A stretch of DNA of 63,847 nucleotides, filler included. It is 4 parts of 4 records of this genome, joined end to end, with 100 filler letters (N's around TTAATTAATTAA, not from the genome) between each part and the next. Parts side by side here need not be neighbours in the genome. Positions count along the whole stretch, not along the records: positions 29,723 to 39,705 come from DRR723986_3480; positions 39,806 to 55,687 come from DRR723986_3481; 2 more parts are not named here. One strand, written 5' to 3'. The notes beneath the pieces were generated by a model, which had not been told where the DNA came from, searched no databases, and saw nothing but the letters and a program-made list of their open reading frames with translations. Position numbers and translations under genes: made by a program. Positions 29,724 to 40,391 of this stretch are shown piece after piece. Numbering within the stretch: the stretch's first letter is position 1; each line of letters opens with the position of its first letter.

Positions 29724-31931
29724 CTGTCGCTGGACTGGAGCCGGGAATTCGCAACTTGCGACCCGGAATACTATGGCGCACAGCAGGCCCTGTTCCTGAA
29801 GATGCTGGACAAGGGCCTGATCTACCGGAAAGCCTCCAAGGTGAACTGGGATCCGGTCGACAATACGGTTCTGGCGAACGAGCAGGTGATCGACGGGCGC
29901 GGCTGGCGTTCCGGCGCGCTGGTGGAGCAGCGCGAGCTGACGCAATGGTTCTTCAAGATCACGCATTACGCTGAAGACCTGCTGGAAGAAGTTCAGAAGC
30001 TGGAGCGCTGGCCCGAGAAAGTGCGCACCATGCAGGCGAACTGGATTGGCCGGTCGGAAGGCTTGCAGATGCGGTTCGAATGGGCCGGTGATGCACCGGC
30101 CAATTTCGACGATGGCATCGAGATTTTCACCACCCGCCCGGACACGCTGTTCGGCGCAAGCTTCATTGCGCTGTCTCCGGATCATCCGCTGACGATCCAG
30201 CTGGCGGAAAATTCGGAAGAATTGAAGGCCTTCCGTGGAAAATGCGCACAGGTCGGCACCAGCGAGGAGGCCATCGAGAAAGCCGAGAAGCTGGGCTTCG
30301 ATACCGGCCTGACGGTCAAGCACCCATTCGAGGACGGAAAGACCCTGCCTGTCTGGGTCGCGAACTTCGTGCTGATGGGCTACGGCACCGGCGCCATTTT
30401 CGGTTGCCCGGCGCATGACCAGCGTGACATCGAATTCGCCCGCAAGTTCGACTTGAGCGTGACACCGGTTGTGCTGCCTCCGGGCGCTGACCGGGCGAGC
30501 TTTACCATAGAGGACGAGGCCTATACGGGCCCCGGTTCCATCTTCAATTCGGCATTCCTGGATGGTCTCGGTATCGAAGACGCCAAGCGTACCGCAATTG
30601 AACGGATTGAAGACATGGGCCTCGGCGCCGGCACGGTGAATTATCGCCTGCGCGACTGGGGCGTCTCGCGGCAGCGTTATTGGGGTTGCCCGATCCCGGT
30701 TGTCCATTGCGAAGGCTGTGGCGTGGTCCCGGTCCCGGAAAGCGACTTGCCCGTGCGCCTGCCGGATGACGTGACCTTTGACCAGCCAGGCAATCCGCTG
30801 GACCGGCATGCGACGTGGAAACATGTCGATTGCCCGAAGTGCGGAAAGCCAGCTCGTCGTGAGACGGACACGCTGGATACGTTTGTCGACTCGTCCTGGT
30901 ACTATGCCCGCTTTGCGAGCGCTGACGATCTGGAAGAGCGCGCCTACTGGCTGCCGGTCGACCAGTATGTCGGCGGCATCGAGCACGCCGTGCTGCATCT
31001 CCTGTATTCCCGCTTCTTCTCCCGTGCGATGCGGGACATTGGCGAACTGGACCTGCCGAGTGGCGAGCCCTTCGCCGGCCTGTTCACGCAAGGCATGGTC
31101 ACGCACGAAACCTACAAGTCAGCTTCCGGACAATGGCTGCAGCCGTCCGAGGTCGAGCAGGAAGGAGACACCTGGATCGAAAAGGCAACAGGCGGACTCG
31201 TGACGCCCGGCCCGATCGAGAAGATGTCGAAGTCCAAGAAGAACACGGTCGATCCGGACGCGATTATCGCGCAGTTCGGCGCGGACGTCGCACGCTGGTT
31301 CGTCCTGTCTGATTCCCCGCCAGAGCGCGACGTGGAGTGGACACAAGCCGGCGTTGAAGGCGCTGGCCGGTTTGCGCAGCGTCTGTGGAGCGTGTTCGAT
31401 GCTCTGGGTGACCTTGAAAAGGTCGACCCGGCCGATGACGCCTCTTCCGTCACAGTGCGCAAGGCCAGCCACAAGGCGGTCGTTGCCATCGACAAGGCGA
31501 TTGAGGAATTCCGCTTCAACTCAGCTGTTGCCAGCATCCATGAATGGGTCAGCGCACTGAAAAAAGCCGAGTCGGCAGGTGAAGCCATCGGGGCCCGCTT
31601 TGAAGGCGCTTCGATGCTGGCACGCTGCCTGACACCTTTCATGCCGCACCTCGCTGAGTCCTGCTGGGAGCGTATCGGTGGCGAAGGCTTTGTTTCGGCT
31701 GCGCCCTGGCCGGTCGCCGACAAGGCACTGACCGAAGACGACGCCGTGACCATGGCCGTTCAGGTCAACGGCAAGCGCCGTGGTGAGATCACTGTGCCGA
31801 AAGGCGAATCCAACGAGGCCGTGGAAGCTGTCGCGCATGCGCTGCCGGAAGTCATGTCCTTCATCGAAGGCAAGACCGTGAAGAAAACCATTGTCGTGCC
31901 GGGCCGCATCGTGAATATCGTGGTGGCATGA
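29724..31931 (+). CDS. leuS: Leucine--tRNA ligase (5'-partial)
   Basis: [55 protein letters not shown] and KMSKS motifs. Confidence 0.97.
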   Translation: MSLDWSREFATCDPEYYGAQQALFLKMLDKGLIYRKASKVNWDPVDNTVLANEQVIDGRGWRSGALVEQRELTQWFFKITHYAEDLLEEVQKLERWPEKVRTMQANWIGRSEGLQMRFEWAGDAPANFDDGIEIFTTRPDTLFGASFIALSPDHPLTIQLAENSEELKAFRGKCAQVGTSEEAIEKAEKLGFDTGLTVKHPFEDGKTLPVWVANFVLMGYGTGAIFGCPAHDQRDIEFARKFDLSVTPVVLPPGADRASFTIEDEAYTGPGSIFNSAFLDGLGIEDAKRTAIERIEDMGLGAGTVNYRLRDWGVSRQRYWGCPIPVVHCEGCGVVPVPESDLPVRLPDDVTFDQPGNPLDRHATWKHVDCPKCGKPARRETDTLDTFVDSSWYYARFASADDLEERAYWLPVDQYVGGIEHAVLHLLYSRFFSRAMRDIGELDLPSGEPFAGLFTQGMVTHETYKSASGQWLQPSEVEQEGDTWIEKATGGLVTPGPIEKMSKSKKNTVDPDAIIAQFGADVARWFVLSDSPPERDVEWTQAGVEGAGRFAQRLWSVFDALGDLEKVDPADDASSVTVRKASHKAVVAIDKAIEEFRFNSAVASIHEWVSALKKAESAGEAIGARFEGASMLARCLTPFMPHLAESCWERIGGEGFVSAAPWPVADKALTEDDAVTMAVQVNGKRRGEITVPKGESNEAVEAVAHALPEVMSFIEGKTVKKTIVVPGRIVNIVVA

Positions 31932-32401
31932 AACGCTTCCTGATCGCGCTCGCTCTTGTTCTTCCGGCCTGCGGCTTCCAGCCGGTCTATGCGCCCGGCG
32001 GCAGCGCATCATTCGCCTCTGGCAATATCACCGTAAAAGAGATCCCTGGCCGGGCCGGCTACATGCTGCGCCGCGAACTTCAGAAGGAACTCGCAGCGGG
32101 CCTGCCGAACCTGAGCACAACAGCAATTCTGGAAGTCAGGCTGAATGATCAGCTGACGCGCCTTCAGTTCAAACCAGACGGCGCCGCATCCCGTTCGTCC
32201 TACACGGCTGCCGCGTCTTATGTTCTGGCCGGAGAATCTCTCCGGGTCACCGGTAGCTCGGATGCTGAAACCAGCTTTTCTGTGCCGGACCAGCCCTATG
32301 GGGACATCTCGGCCCAGACCAATGCGAGCGATCGGGTGATGCGCGTCCTGGCTGGCCGCATTGTCGATGATCTTCGACTGCAGCTCTCGACGCAGAACTG
32401 A
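31928..32401 (+). CDS. lptE: LPS assembly lipoprotein LptE
   Basis: Lipobox [10 protein letters not shown]; conserved leuS-lptE-holA order. Confidence 0.85.
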   Translation: MKRFLIALALVLPACGFQPVYAPGGSASFASGNITVKEIPGRAGYMLRRELQKELAAGLPNLSTTAILEVRLNDQLTRLQFKPDGAASRSSYTAAASYVLAGESLRVTGSSDAETSFSVPDQPYGDISAQTNASDRVMRVLAGRIVDDLRLQLSTQN

Positions 32402-33435
32402 TGCTTTTCCAGGGCAAGAAGGCTGCTTCCTTTGCCCGCAAGCCGGACGCTGATGTCTGGGCCGTGCTTGCCTTCGGAGAAGATGAAGGCCTTGCGAGCG
32501 ATAACGGCCAGCTGCTGATCTGCGCATGGGCAGGCAATGGTGCACATGCTGACGTCACCTTGCTGGACGACGACACAATCCGGAAAGAGCCCGCCCTTCT
32601 GTTCGATGCACTGGAAGCCGTCTCCTTGTTGGGCGATCCGCGTGTCGTTCGCGTGCGCACCAGCGGAGACAAGATCGCCAAGCTGCTGATCGACGCGATC
32701 CAAGAAGGCGACAAAGGCGACCGCCGGTTTAGCGCGCACTTGCTCATAGAAGCCGGCAGTCTGCAGAAGAAGTCCAAACTTCGAATTGCTGCGGAATCTG
32801 CCAAGCGAACCGCCTGTCTCCAGTTCTTTGCGGATGAGGGCGTCGATATCGAGCAACGCGCCAAGCAGGCGCTGAAGGAGGCCGGGGTCGATATCGAGCC
32901 AGACGCCCTGCGCCTGTTCGTCGGCGACCTGCCCGGCCACCGCATGGCGGCAAATTCGGAGATCGAGAAACTGGCGCTGTATGCGCGCGGTCTCGGCCGG
33001 TCCGTTTCAGAAGCTGATATCCGCGCACTCTGTGCAACAGAGTTCGAGCAGACTCTTTCCACCGCGATCTCCGCCACGCTCGATGGCCACCCGGCCGCCG
33101 CCAATGCAGCATTCGAAAAACTCGCAATGGCCGGTACCGCAGGTATCAGCGTCTTGCGATCCCTTCAGTTTGAGGTGCGCCGCATGCTGGACGCGCATGT
33201 CCGGATCGAAGAAGGCCAGTCCAGCCCGAACATGAAACTGCGCCCGCCGGTCTGGCAAAGCGAATGGCCCGCCTATCGCGCCCGCCTCAGCAAGTGGCCG
33301 GTTCGCCGTCTCACGCGCGTCCTGGAGCGGATCTATGATGCCGAAGCACAAGCCAAGCGCGCAGGCGGTAGCACGGACGCGGTTGTTCGTGTACTGATGA
33401 ATGATCTTGCGCGGGCCGCCGAAGCCAACCGATAA
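32401..33435 (+). CDS. holA: DNA polymerase III delta subunit
   Basis: FGEDEGL, SLLGDPRVVRV and EIEKLALY motifs; synteny. Confidence 0.9.
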   Translation: MLFQGKKAASFARKPDADVWAVLAFGEDEGLASDNGQLLICAWAGNGAHADVTLLDDDTIRKEPALLFDALEAVSLLGDPRVVRVRTSGDKIAKLLIDAIQEGDKGDRRFSAHLLIEAGSLQKKSKLRIAAESAKRTACLQFFADEGVDIEQRAKQALKEAGVDIEPDALRLFVGDLPGHRMAANSEIEKLALYARGLGRSVSEADIRALCATEFEQTLSTAISATLDGHPAAANAAFEKLAMAGTAGISVLRSLQFEVRRMLDAHVRIEEGQSSPNMKLRPPVWQSEWPAYRARLSKWPVRRLTRVLERIYDAEAQAKRAGGSTDAVVRVLMNDLARAAEANR

Positions 33436-33437
33436 GA

Positions 33438-34352
33438 TCAGGCCTTCTTGCGGGTCAGCCTGCGACAGACATCGTCCAGCTGTTCCAGATCGCGATACTT
33501 GATGCGCAACTCACCGCCATTCTTGCCGTGCCGGATATCCACCTGCAGGCCAAGCTGGCGCATCAGGTCCGCTTCAAGCGCCTCGGTGTCGACATCCTTT
33601 TCCGGTGCCTTGGACTTGGCGGGCTTGGCTTCAAGCGTCCCGCCATTCTTGGCGCCTTTGACAAGGGCCTCGACTTCGCGGACGCTGAGGCCACGCTCTG
33701 CTGCCATCTCGATCACAGCTTCCGGATCCGTTGCCCCGAGCGCGGCGCGGGCATGGCCTGCGGTGACCTTGCCTTCCCGCACATAGGCCCTCGCGGCCTC
33801 CGGCAATTGGAGCAAGCGGAGCGTGTTGGTGATGTGCACCCGGCTCTTGCCGACGCTGCTGGCCAGGCTTTCCTGCGTCCGCCCAAACCGGCTCATCAGC
33901 GCCTCATAGGCTTCGGCCTCTTCAATCGGGTTGAGGTCTGCACGCTGGACGTTCTCGATGATTCCGATTTCCAGAAGTTCCAGCTCGTCGAGGTTCCGGA
34001 CGACGGCCGGAATGGATTCGAGGCCGGCAAGCCGAGCCGCGCGCCAGCGGCGTTCCCCCGCGATGATCTGATACTTGCCCGGCTCTTTGGGATCGGGTCG
34101 GACAAGGATCGCCTGCAGGATACCTTTGGTGCGGATCGAATCCGCCAATTCCTGCAGGGCCGTTTCATCAAACGTCCGGCGCGGCTGGGCCGGGTTCCGG
34201 CGGATGCTCTTGATCGAAATCTCGTTGACGCCGTGCGCAGACGGCGCAGCACCGGGTTCCGGCTTGGCGGGCGTGGAGGCCTCAACCTCACCGATCAGGG
34301 CAGACAAGCCCCGGCCGAGACGACTTGGTTTCTGTTTCGGTTCGTTCGCCAT
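33438..34352 (-). CDS. parB: Chromosome partitioning protein ParB
   Basis: LGRGLSAL, QPRRTF, IIAGERRWRAA, ENVQRADL and HTH motifs. Confidence 0.97.
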   Translation of the reverse strand: MANEPKQKPSRLGRGLSALIGEVEASTPAKPEPGAAPSAHGVNEISIKSIRRNPAQPRRTFDETALQELADSIRTKGILQAILVRPDPKEPGKYQIIAGERRWRAARLAGLESIPAVVRNLDELELLEIGIIENVQRADLNPIEEAEAYEALMSRFGRTQESLASSVGKSRVHITNTLRLLQLPEAARAYVREGKVTAGHARAALGATDPEAVIEMAAERGLSVREVEALVKGAKNGGTLEAKPAKSKAPEKDVDTEALEADLMRQLGLQVDIRHGKNGGELRIKYRDLEQLDDVCRRLTRKKA

Positions 34353-34357
34353 ATCGA

Positions 34358-35170
34358 TCAGGCCGCCCGTGCCTTCTCGCGCTGAAGAACTTCCGAAGCG
34401 AGGCGGATATAGGCCTCACTGCCGGGACAACGATAATCATAGAGCAGCGCGGGCTTGCCGAAGGACGGCGCCTCCGACAGGCGCACATTGCGCGGGATCA
34501 CCGTATTGTAGACCTTGTTGCCGAAGAAGGCGCGGACTTCATCAGCAACCTGGTCGGAGAGATTGTTGCGGCGATCATACATCGTTAGCACAACGCCCTG
34601 GATTTCCAGGTTCGGGTTCAAACCCTGTCGGACCACATCCACGGTGCGCAGCAACTGGCTGAGGCCTTCCAATGCCAGGAATTCACACTGCAGCGGGACG
34701 AGCAGTGCGTCGGCGGCGGTCATGGCGTTCATCGTCAGCGCAGACAGCGACGGCGGGCAGTCGATGAGAATATAGTCGTAGCGCGGGAGGCCCTGCTCTT
34801 CGGCGCGATCAACATAGTTGTGGAGCGCTTCACGCAGCCGGTAGGACCGATGCGGGTCTGCTGCCAGTTCTGTCTCGACGCCGGAGAGGTTCTCATCCCC
34901 CGGCACGATGTCCAGGCGAGGAACGATGGTCGATAGAACCGCCTGCTCCAGCGGCAAACGATCCACGACAATATCGTAAGACGTTGTTGCGCGGTCCGTC
35001 CGCTCGATCCCAAGTCCAGTCGACGCGTTGCCCTGAGCGTCGAAGTCGACGATGAGCACACGGCGGCCAACGGCGGCGAGCGCCGTCCCGAGATTGATTG
35101 AAGTAGTCGTTTTGCCGACGCCACCCTTTTGGTTCACGACGGCAAAGATTCTGGGCCTAATGCCTGCCAC
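34358..35170 (-). CDS. parA: Chromosome partitioning ATPase ParA
   Basis: NQKGGVGKTT, DCPPSL and PRNVRLSEAPSFG motifs; GTG start with GGAG RBS. Confidence 0.96.
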   Translation of the reverse strand: MAGIRPRIFAVVNQKGGVGKTTTSINLGTALAAVGRRVLIVDFDAQGNASTGLGIERTDRATTSYDIVVDRLPLEQAVLSTIVPRLDIVPGDENLSGVETELAADPHRSYRLREALHNYVDRAEEQGLPRYDYILIDCPPSLSALTMNAMTAADALLVPLQCEFLALEGLSQLLRTVDVVRQGLNPNLEIQGVVLTMYDRRNNLSDQVADEVRAFFGNKVYNTVIPRNVRLSEAPSFGKPALLYDYRCPGSEAYIRLASEVLQREKARAA

Positions 35171-35777
35171 CTCGTAGCTCCCTGACAATCAGAATTGTAC
35201 CTGACCCACCAACCCGGCTTGGAATCGCCTCATAAGCGAAGTTCCATGTTTGACTGGCCTCCGTCAATTCTTCTTTCCAGCGTTCGCCCTTGAGGAAAAG
35301 CCCTGTTGCACCCTGTTTCAGCCACGGCGCCGCATAGTCGAGCAGTTTCGGAAGCGGCGCAAAAGCGCGCGCGGTGACATAGTCGGCAGCAATCGGTCCG
35401 ACAGATTCCACCCGTTCCTGCCGAACGGATGCCTTCAGGCCTGCCGCTTCAATTGCCGCACGAAGGAAAGCGCATTTCTTTCCCACGCTCTCAATCATGG
35501 TTACGTGGCCCTCCGGTCGTGCCGCCGCGATGATCAGACCGGGAAATCCGGCGCCAGATCCGAGGTCGACGACTCTTGCGTCCGCTGGAAGATGGTCCAG
35601 AAGCTGGAAACAGTCCGCGACATGGCGGGTCCATATGACCGGCCACTCCCGCGGACCGATCAGATTGCTCCGCAGCCGCCATGAATCCAGCGTGTCGATG
35701 ACACGGTCGAGCCGGTCCAGTGTTTCACGTGAAACATCCTCAGCGGCCAGAAAGGCCGCGCGATCCTGGTTTTCCAT
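35157..35777 (-). CDS. rsmG: 16S rRNA m7G527 methyltransferase
   Basis: RHVAD, DLGSGAGFPG, KKCAFL and ARAFA motifs. Confidence 0.95.
   Translation of the reverse strand: MENQDRAAFLAAEDVSRETLDRLDRVIDTLDSWRLRSNLIGPREWPVIWTRHVADCFQLLDHLPADARVVDLGSGAGFPGLIIAAARPEGHVTMIESVGKKCAFLRAAIEAAGLKASVRQERVESVGPIAADYVTARAFAPLPKLLDYAAPWLKQGATGLFLKGERWKEELTEASQTWNFAYEAIPSRVGGSGTILIVRELRGGRH
35721..35736. other. parS centromere site
   Basis: Perfect TGTTTCACGTGAAACA palindrome inside the rsmG 5' end. Confidence 0.9.
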
Positions 35778-35780
35778 ATT

Positions 35781-37658
35781 CTAGCCTGTCTTCCGGCGGC
35801 GTTTCACATGACCGAGAAGCGCCGTTAGCGCCCCGGGCGTCACACCTTCGATACGGGAAGCCTGTCCGAGTGTCGCTGGACGGATGGCCTCGAGTTTCTG
35901 ACGGACCTCATTCGAGAGGCCGCCGATCGCCGAATAGTCGATCGTTTCGGGAATACGAAGGGCTTCGTCACGGCGGAGGGCTTCGACGTCCCCGGCCTGG
36001 CGTTCGATATATCCGGAATACAGAGCCTCGATTTCCAATTGCTCGGCGATAGCCGGCTCAATATCTGAAAGCTCCGGCCAGACCCGAGCGAGGGTCTCGA
36101 GAGAAATGTCCTTGTATCCGAGATATTCCCACGCGGTGCGGACGCGGCCATCCTGATTAACGTTCCACCCGGCCTCCCGAGCCTTCGCCGGGGATAATGA
36201 TAGGGTTTGGAGCGTTTTTCGGGATTCCGAGAGGGCCAAATGTTTCACGTGAAACATCGCCGCGCGTGTTTCACCGACGCATCCGGCGGCGATCCCTTTC
36301 TCCGTGAGACGCTGATCGGCATTATCGGCGCGAAGGGCGAGGCGGTATTCGGCCCTGGATGTGAACATTCGATAGGGCTCTGTCACACCGCGGGTGATCA
36401 GATCATCGACGAGAACGCCGATATAGGCCTCTGCCCGGTCCAGAATGATTGGATCTGTTCCATCGGCCGCACGGGCCGCATTCAGACCGGCCATCAGGCC
36501 CTGGGCGCCGGCTTCTTCATATCCGGTCGTCCCATTGATCTGGCCGGCGAGATAAAGGCCTGAAAGGGCTTTTACTTCGAGTGACGCGTTCAAGGCTCGC
36601 GGATCGACGTAATCATATTCGATGGCATAGGCATGCTGGAGAATCTTCACGTTCTCGAGTCCGGGGATCGTCCGGACAAAACGCTCCTGAACATCTTCTG
36701 GAAGCGACGTCGAAATGCCGTTCGGATAGACCGTGTGATCGTCGAGACCTTCCGGTTCCAGGAACACCTGATGCCGGTCGCGGTCTGCAAACCGTTTCAC
36801 CTTGTCTTCAATCGACGGGCAATAGCGCGGTCCGCGCCCGGCAATTGCGCCGGAATAGACGGCCGATTGTCCCATGTTCTCTTCGATGATCGCGTGGGTT
36901 TCCGGCGTGGTCCACGTAATCCCGCAAGAGATCTGCGGAACGTCGATCCGGTCGGTCATGTAAGAGAAGGGCACCGGCTCATCATCGGCCGGCTGCATTT
37001 CCAGCCGGTCCCATGCGATCGTGCGACCATCCAGGCGGGCAGGCGTGCCGGTTTTCAGCCGGCCCATCGGAAGGTCCAGACTGTACAACCGGTCCGACAG
37101 GCCGATGGCAGGCGCCTCGCCCACACGTCCGGCGGGAATCCGCTTTGCCCCGATATGGATCTCACCCTTCAGGAAAGTCCCGGTCGTTATCACGACTTTC
37201 GGCGCCCGGTATTCTTCGCCGGTCAGGCCAATCACACCTGCGACCTGGTCATTCTCCACGATCAGGTCTTCGGCGCCATCTTCGATGACCGTCAGGTTTT
37301 CATGGTTCAGGATCGCTTCCTGCATGGCCTGGCGATAAAGCTTTCGGTCGATCTGGGAGCGCGGGCCCCAAACAGCCGGGCCTTTTGAGCGGTTCAGCAT
37401 CCGGAACTGGATACCCGCCTTGTCGGCCAGCCGGCCCATCAGACCGTCCAGCGCATCGATCTCCCGGACCAGATGCCCCTTGCCGAGCCCGCCGATGGCT
37501 GGATTGCAGCTCATCTCGCCAATGGTCGAGATCTTGTGCGTGACGAGCGCCGTCTTTGCGCCATAGCGTGCGGCCGCGGATGCTGCTTCGCATCCGGCAT
37601 GGCCGCCGCCAATTACAATGACATCAAAGCGGGAGGTTCCCGTCATGGCTCTGCTCAT
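35781..37658 (-). CDS. mnmG: tRNA uridine-5-carboxymethylaminomethyl(34) synthesis enzyme MnmG (GidA)
   Basis: [30 protein letters not shown] and [12 protein letters not shown] motifs. Confidence 0.97.
   Translation of the reverse strand: MSRAMTGTSRFDVIVIGGGHAGCEAASAAARYGAKTALVTHKISTIGEMSCNPAIGGLGKGHLVREIDALDGLMGRLADKAGIQFRMLNRSKGPAVWGPRSQIDRKLYRQAMQEAILNHENLTVIEDGAEDLIVENDQVAGVIGLTGEEYRAPKVVITTGTFLKGEIHIGAKRIPAGRVGEAPAIGLSDRLYSLDLPMGRLKTGTPARLDGRTIAWDRLEMQPADDEPVPFSYMTDRIDVPQISCGITWTTPETHAIIEENMGQSAVYSGAIAGRGPRYCPSIEDKVKRFADRDRHQVFLEPEGLDDHTVYPNGISTSLPEDVQERFVRTIPGLENVKILQHAYAIEYDYVDPRALNASLEVKALSGLYLAGQINGTTGYEEAGAQGLMAGLNAARAADGTDPIILDRAEAYIGVLVDDLITRGVTEPYRMFTSRAEYRLALRADNADQRLTEKGIAAGCVGETRAAMFHVKHLALSESRKTLQTLSLSPAKAREAGWNVNQDGRVRTAWEYLGYKDISLETLARVWPELSDIEPAIAEQLEIEALYSGYIERQAGDVEALRRDEALRIPETIDYSAIGGLSNEVRQKLEAIRPATLGQASRIEGVTPGALTALLGHVKRRRKTG
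36241..36256. other. parS centromere site
   Basis: Perfect TGTTTCACGTGAAACA palindrome inside mnmG. Confidence 0.9.
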
Positions 37659-37660
37659 CC

Positions 37661-37669
37661 TGTGGATAA
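37661..37669 (-). promoter_or_regulatory. DnaA box upstream of mnmG
   Basis: Perfect TTATCCACA on the minus strand in the mnmE-mnmG gap. Confidence 0.55.
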
Positions 37670-37711
37670 TGAGCGGGCTATATAACGCCGGGTGCCGCTA
37701 AACCCTAGGGG

Positions 37712-39037
37712 TCATTTGCCGATACAGAACTGGGAGAAGACAGCGCCCAGAATATCTTCAACGCCAACCGTCCCGATCACGGCGCCCAACTGGCGCAGGG
37801 CCATGCGCACATCCTCGGCTGCAAGTTCAGCCCCCATATCGTCTTCCAGCAGCTGGCGTGCCTGAACCAGACTGGCGAGACCGGCGCTCAGCTTTTCCCG
37901 GTGCCGTGCCCGCGTGATGACCGGAGCTTCCACGGAGGCGGCACGGTTGGAGATGAATGCTCCGATCAGGGATTCGAGTTTTTCAATCCCTTCGCCGGTC
38001 GCTGCCGAGACGAGCAGGGGGCCCTCTGAGGCCAACGCGCCTGACCGCTGATCGGCCTTGTTGAAGACGACGATATCCAGATCTTCAACCGGACCTGCTG
38101 GCGGGGCGGGATTGGCTCCGTCGATGACATGAATGCGTAGATCTGCTTCGCGTGCTGCACGCTCTGCCCGGCGTACACCTTCCGCTTCAACGACATCTGC
38201 TGTCTCACGGAGGCCTGCTGTGTCTGCCACCCATACGACCTGCCCACCGAGCACCAGACGAACTTCAACAACGTCTCGGGTCGTGCCCGCAATATCTGTC
38301 ACGATGGCCGCTTCACGCCGGGCGATCCGGTTGAGCAGGGAAGACTTGCCAGCATTCGGTGGTCCGACGATTGCGACTCGGAACCCGTCCCGGATTTTTT
38401 CACCAATTCCCCTGTCGCCGAGTGCGTCTTCGAGTTCGGCGATGATCAGATCCAACTTGTCAAGAATCGGCCGGACCGTGTCTTCCGGCGTATCGCCTTC
38501 ATCCGGAAAGTCGACCATGACCTCTATCAGCGCGAGCACACCTGTCAGCTCTGCGCGCCAGCGATCATAGGTCTCAGTCAGACCGCCCGTCAGCTGGCGC
38601 AAGGCCTGGGCTTTCTGTGCTTCGGTCTCGGCCTCGATGATATCGGCCACGCCCTCAGCTTCCGTGAGGTCCAGCTTGCCAGCCTCGAAGGCGCGACGTG
38701 TGAACTCTCCCGGCTCCGCCAGGCGCACACAGGGTTGCCGGGTCAAAGCCTCGAGTGAGTGTTTGATCACTGCAGGCCCGCCATGGAGATAGAGCTCCAG
38801 CGTGTCTTCGCCCGTGTAAGAGTGGGGCCCCGGCATGAATAGGGCGAGGCCCTCATCAATCAGGTTTCCGTCTTCATCGCGAAACCGGGTGAGGGTGGCA
38901 TGGCGCGGTTCCGGCAACCCGCACTCGAGCAGGGCGCCGGCAATTTTCCAGACGCGCTCGCCCGACAGACGGAGAATACATATGGCGGCCGGGGGCTGGC
39001 CCGAAGCGAGGGCGCAGATTGTGTCGCGCTCGCTCAT
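37712..39037 (-). CDS. mnmE: tRNA modification GTPase MnmE
   Basis: SYTGED, GPPNAGKSS, GTTRD, DTAG, NKAD and C-terminal FCIGK motifs. Confidence 0.97.
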   Translation of the reverse strand: MSERDTICALASGQPPAAICILRLSGERVWKIAGALLECGLPEPRHATLTRFRDEDGNLIDEGLALFMPGPHSYTGEDTLELYLHGGPAVIKHSLEALTRQPCVRLAEPGEFTRRAFEAGKLDLTEAEGVADIIEAETEAQKAQALRQLTGGLTETYDRWRAELTGVLALIEVMVDFPDEGDTPEDTVRPILDKLDLIIAELEDALGDRGIGEKIRDGFRVAIVGPPNAGKSSLLNRIARREAAIVTDIAGTTRDVVEVRLVLGGQVVWVADTAGLRETADVVEAEGVRRAERAAREADLRIHVIDGANPAPPAGPVEDLDIVVFNKADQRSGALASEGPLLVSAATGEGIEKLESLIGAFISNRAASVEAPVITRARHREKLSAGLASLVQARQLLEDDMGAELAAEDVRMALRQLGAVIGTVGVEDILGAVFSQFCIGK

Positions 39038-39053
39038 GACCAAACGCCCCCGA

Positions 39054-39705
39054 TCAGTTTTTCATCGCTTCGAAGAATTCGTCGTTCGTCTTCGTCTGAC
39101 GCAGCTTGTCAATCAGGAAGTCGATCGCATCGTTCGTGCCCATCGGTCCCAGAATACGGCGAAGGATATAGATCTTCGACAGCTGGTCCTGCGGCGTGAT
39201 GAGTTCTTCTTTCCGCGTACCGGATTTCATGATGTCGATGGCCGGGAATGTCCGCTTGTCGGCGATCTTCCGGTCGAGCACGACTTCGGAGTTACCGGTG
39301 CCTTTGAATTCTTCGAAGATGACTTCGTCCATCCGGCTGCCCGTATCGATCAGGGCTGTTGCGACAATGGTCAGCGAGCCACCGTTTTCGACGTTCCGCG
39401 CGGCACCGAAGAAACGCTTCGGCCGCTGCAGGGCGTTGGCGTCGACACCGCCGGTCAGGACCTTGCCGGAGGAGGGGACCGTCGTGTTGTAGGCTCGGCC
39501 AAGACGCGTGATCGAGTCGAGCAGGATCACGACGTCGCGTTTGTGCTCAACGAGGCGCTTGGCTTTCTCGATCACCATTTCGGCGACCTGGACGTGGCGG
39601 GTGGCCGGCTCGTCAAAAGTCGAAGCAACAACTTCGCCCTTCACCGTACGGCGCATGTCCGTCACTTCTTCCGGTCGCTCGTCGATCAGCAGGACGATCA
39701 GGTAG
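39054..39705 (-). CDS. rho: Transcription termination factor Rho (5'-partial)
   Basis: [29 protein letters not shown] and SGTRKEE motifs. Confidence 0.97.
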
Positions 39706-39805
39706 NNNNNNNNNNNNNNNNNNNNNNNNNNNNNNNNNNNNNNNNNNNNTTAATTAATTAANNNNNNNNNNNNNNNNNNNNNNNNNNNNNNNNNNNNNNN
39801 NNNNN
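39706..39805. other. Artificial contig spacer
   Basis: N44-TTAATTAATTAA-N44. Confidence 0.98.
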
Positions 39806-39883
39806 CGCTGATCACCTGCCTCGGCGCTGGTTATGCCTAACCTACTCCCACAAGCACATCATATGGCGCTCTAACGCACCCAT

Positions 39884-39925
39884 AGGTTCTTTGGACGCAA
39901 TATATAGTATACGGTGCCGCGGCTC
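39884..39925 (+). other. Putative lambda-type cos site (cosQ-cosN-like)
   Basis: AGGTTCT + 23 nt ending TACG + GTGCCGCGGCTC. Same spacing as lambda GGGTCCT + 23 nt ending TACG + GGGCGGCGACCT, and about 460 bp upstream of a GpA terminase. Confidence 0.55.
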
Positions 39926-40136
39926 CCAGGAATGGTTGAAAATGCAACTAGTTTTCAGCATGTCACGCGCCCCCGCTGACCGCATCCCATCAGGGTGAGC
40001 CCGCGACGCGCCAGCTTTCCCGTTGATCCTCAAAGCATTACAGGTCTCCCCAGCTTGCACCGCTCCCAAACTATTGAACCACCGGGCGGAGAGATTAAAT
40101 TCTTGTCACGAGGAAAAACGACGAGAGAGCGATCTG

Positions 40137-40391
40137 ATGATAAACGGAAACCAATGCATTGCAGCACGGGCGCTGGCACGGCTCAGCGTGAGGCAGCTTG
40201 CGATTGAGTCTGGGGTGTCTGCGAGCACAATCATCAGGCTGGAGGCGGGCAAGCGCATTGATCCTGAAAACGCCGGCGCGATCTCCCGTGCTCTGCATGA
40301 CCACGGTATCCAAGTACTGACCCCGGGCGATGGCGCTGAGGGCGATGGCGCGGCTGTTCGCCCAGATGGATGGAGGCCGAAACGTGGCTAG
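40137..40391 (+). CDS. XRE-family HTH protein
   Basis: QCIAARAL..SVRQLAIESGVSASTIIRLEAG. Confidence 0.8.
   Translation: MINGNQCIAARALARLSVRQLAIESGVSASTIIRLEAGKRIDPENAGAISRALHDHGIQVLTPGDGAEGDGAAVRPDGWRPKRG

Noticed and set aside
29667-31106. 479-aa minus-strand ORF
   Set aside because: Antisense to leuS.
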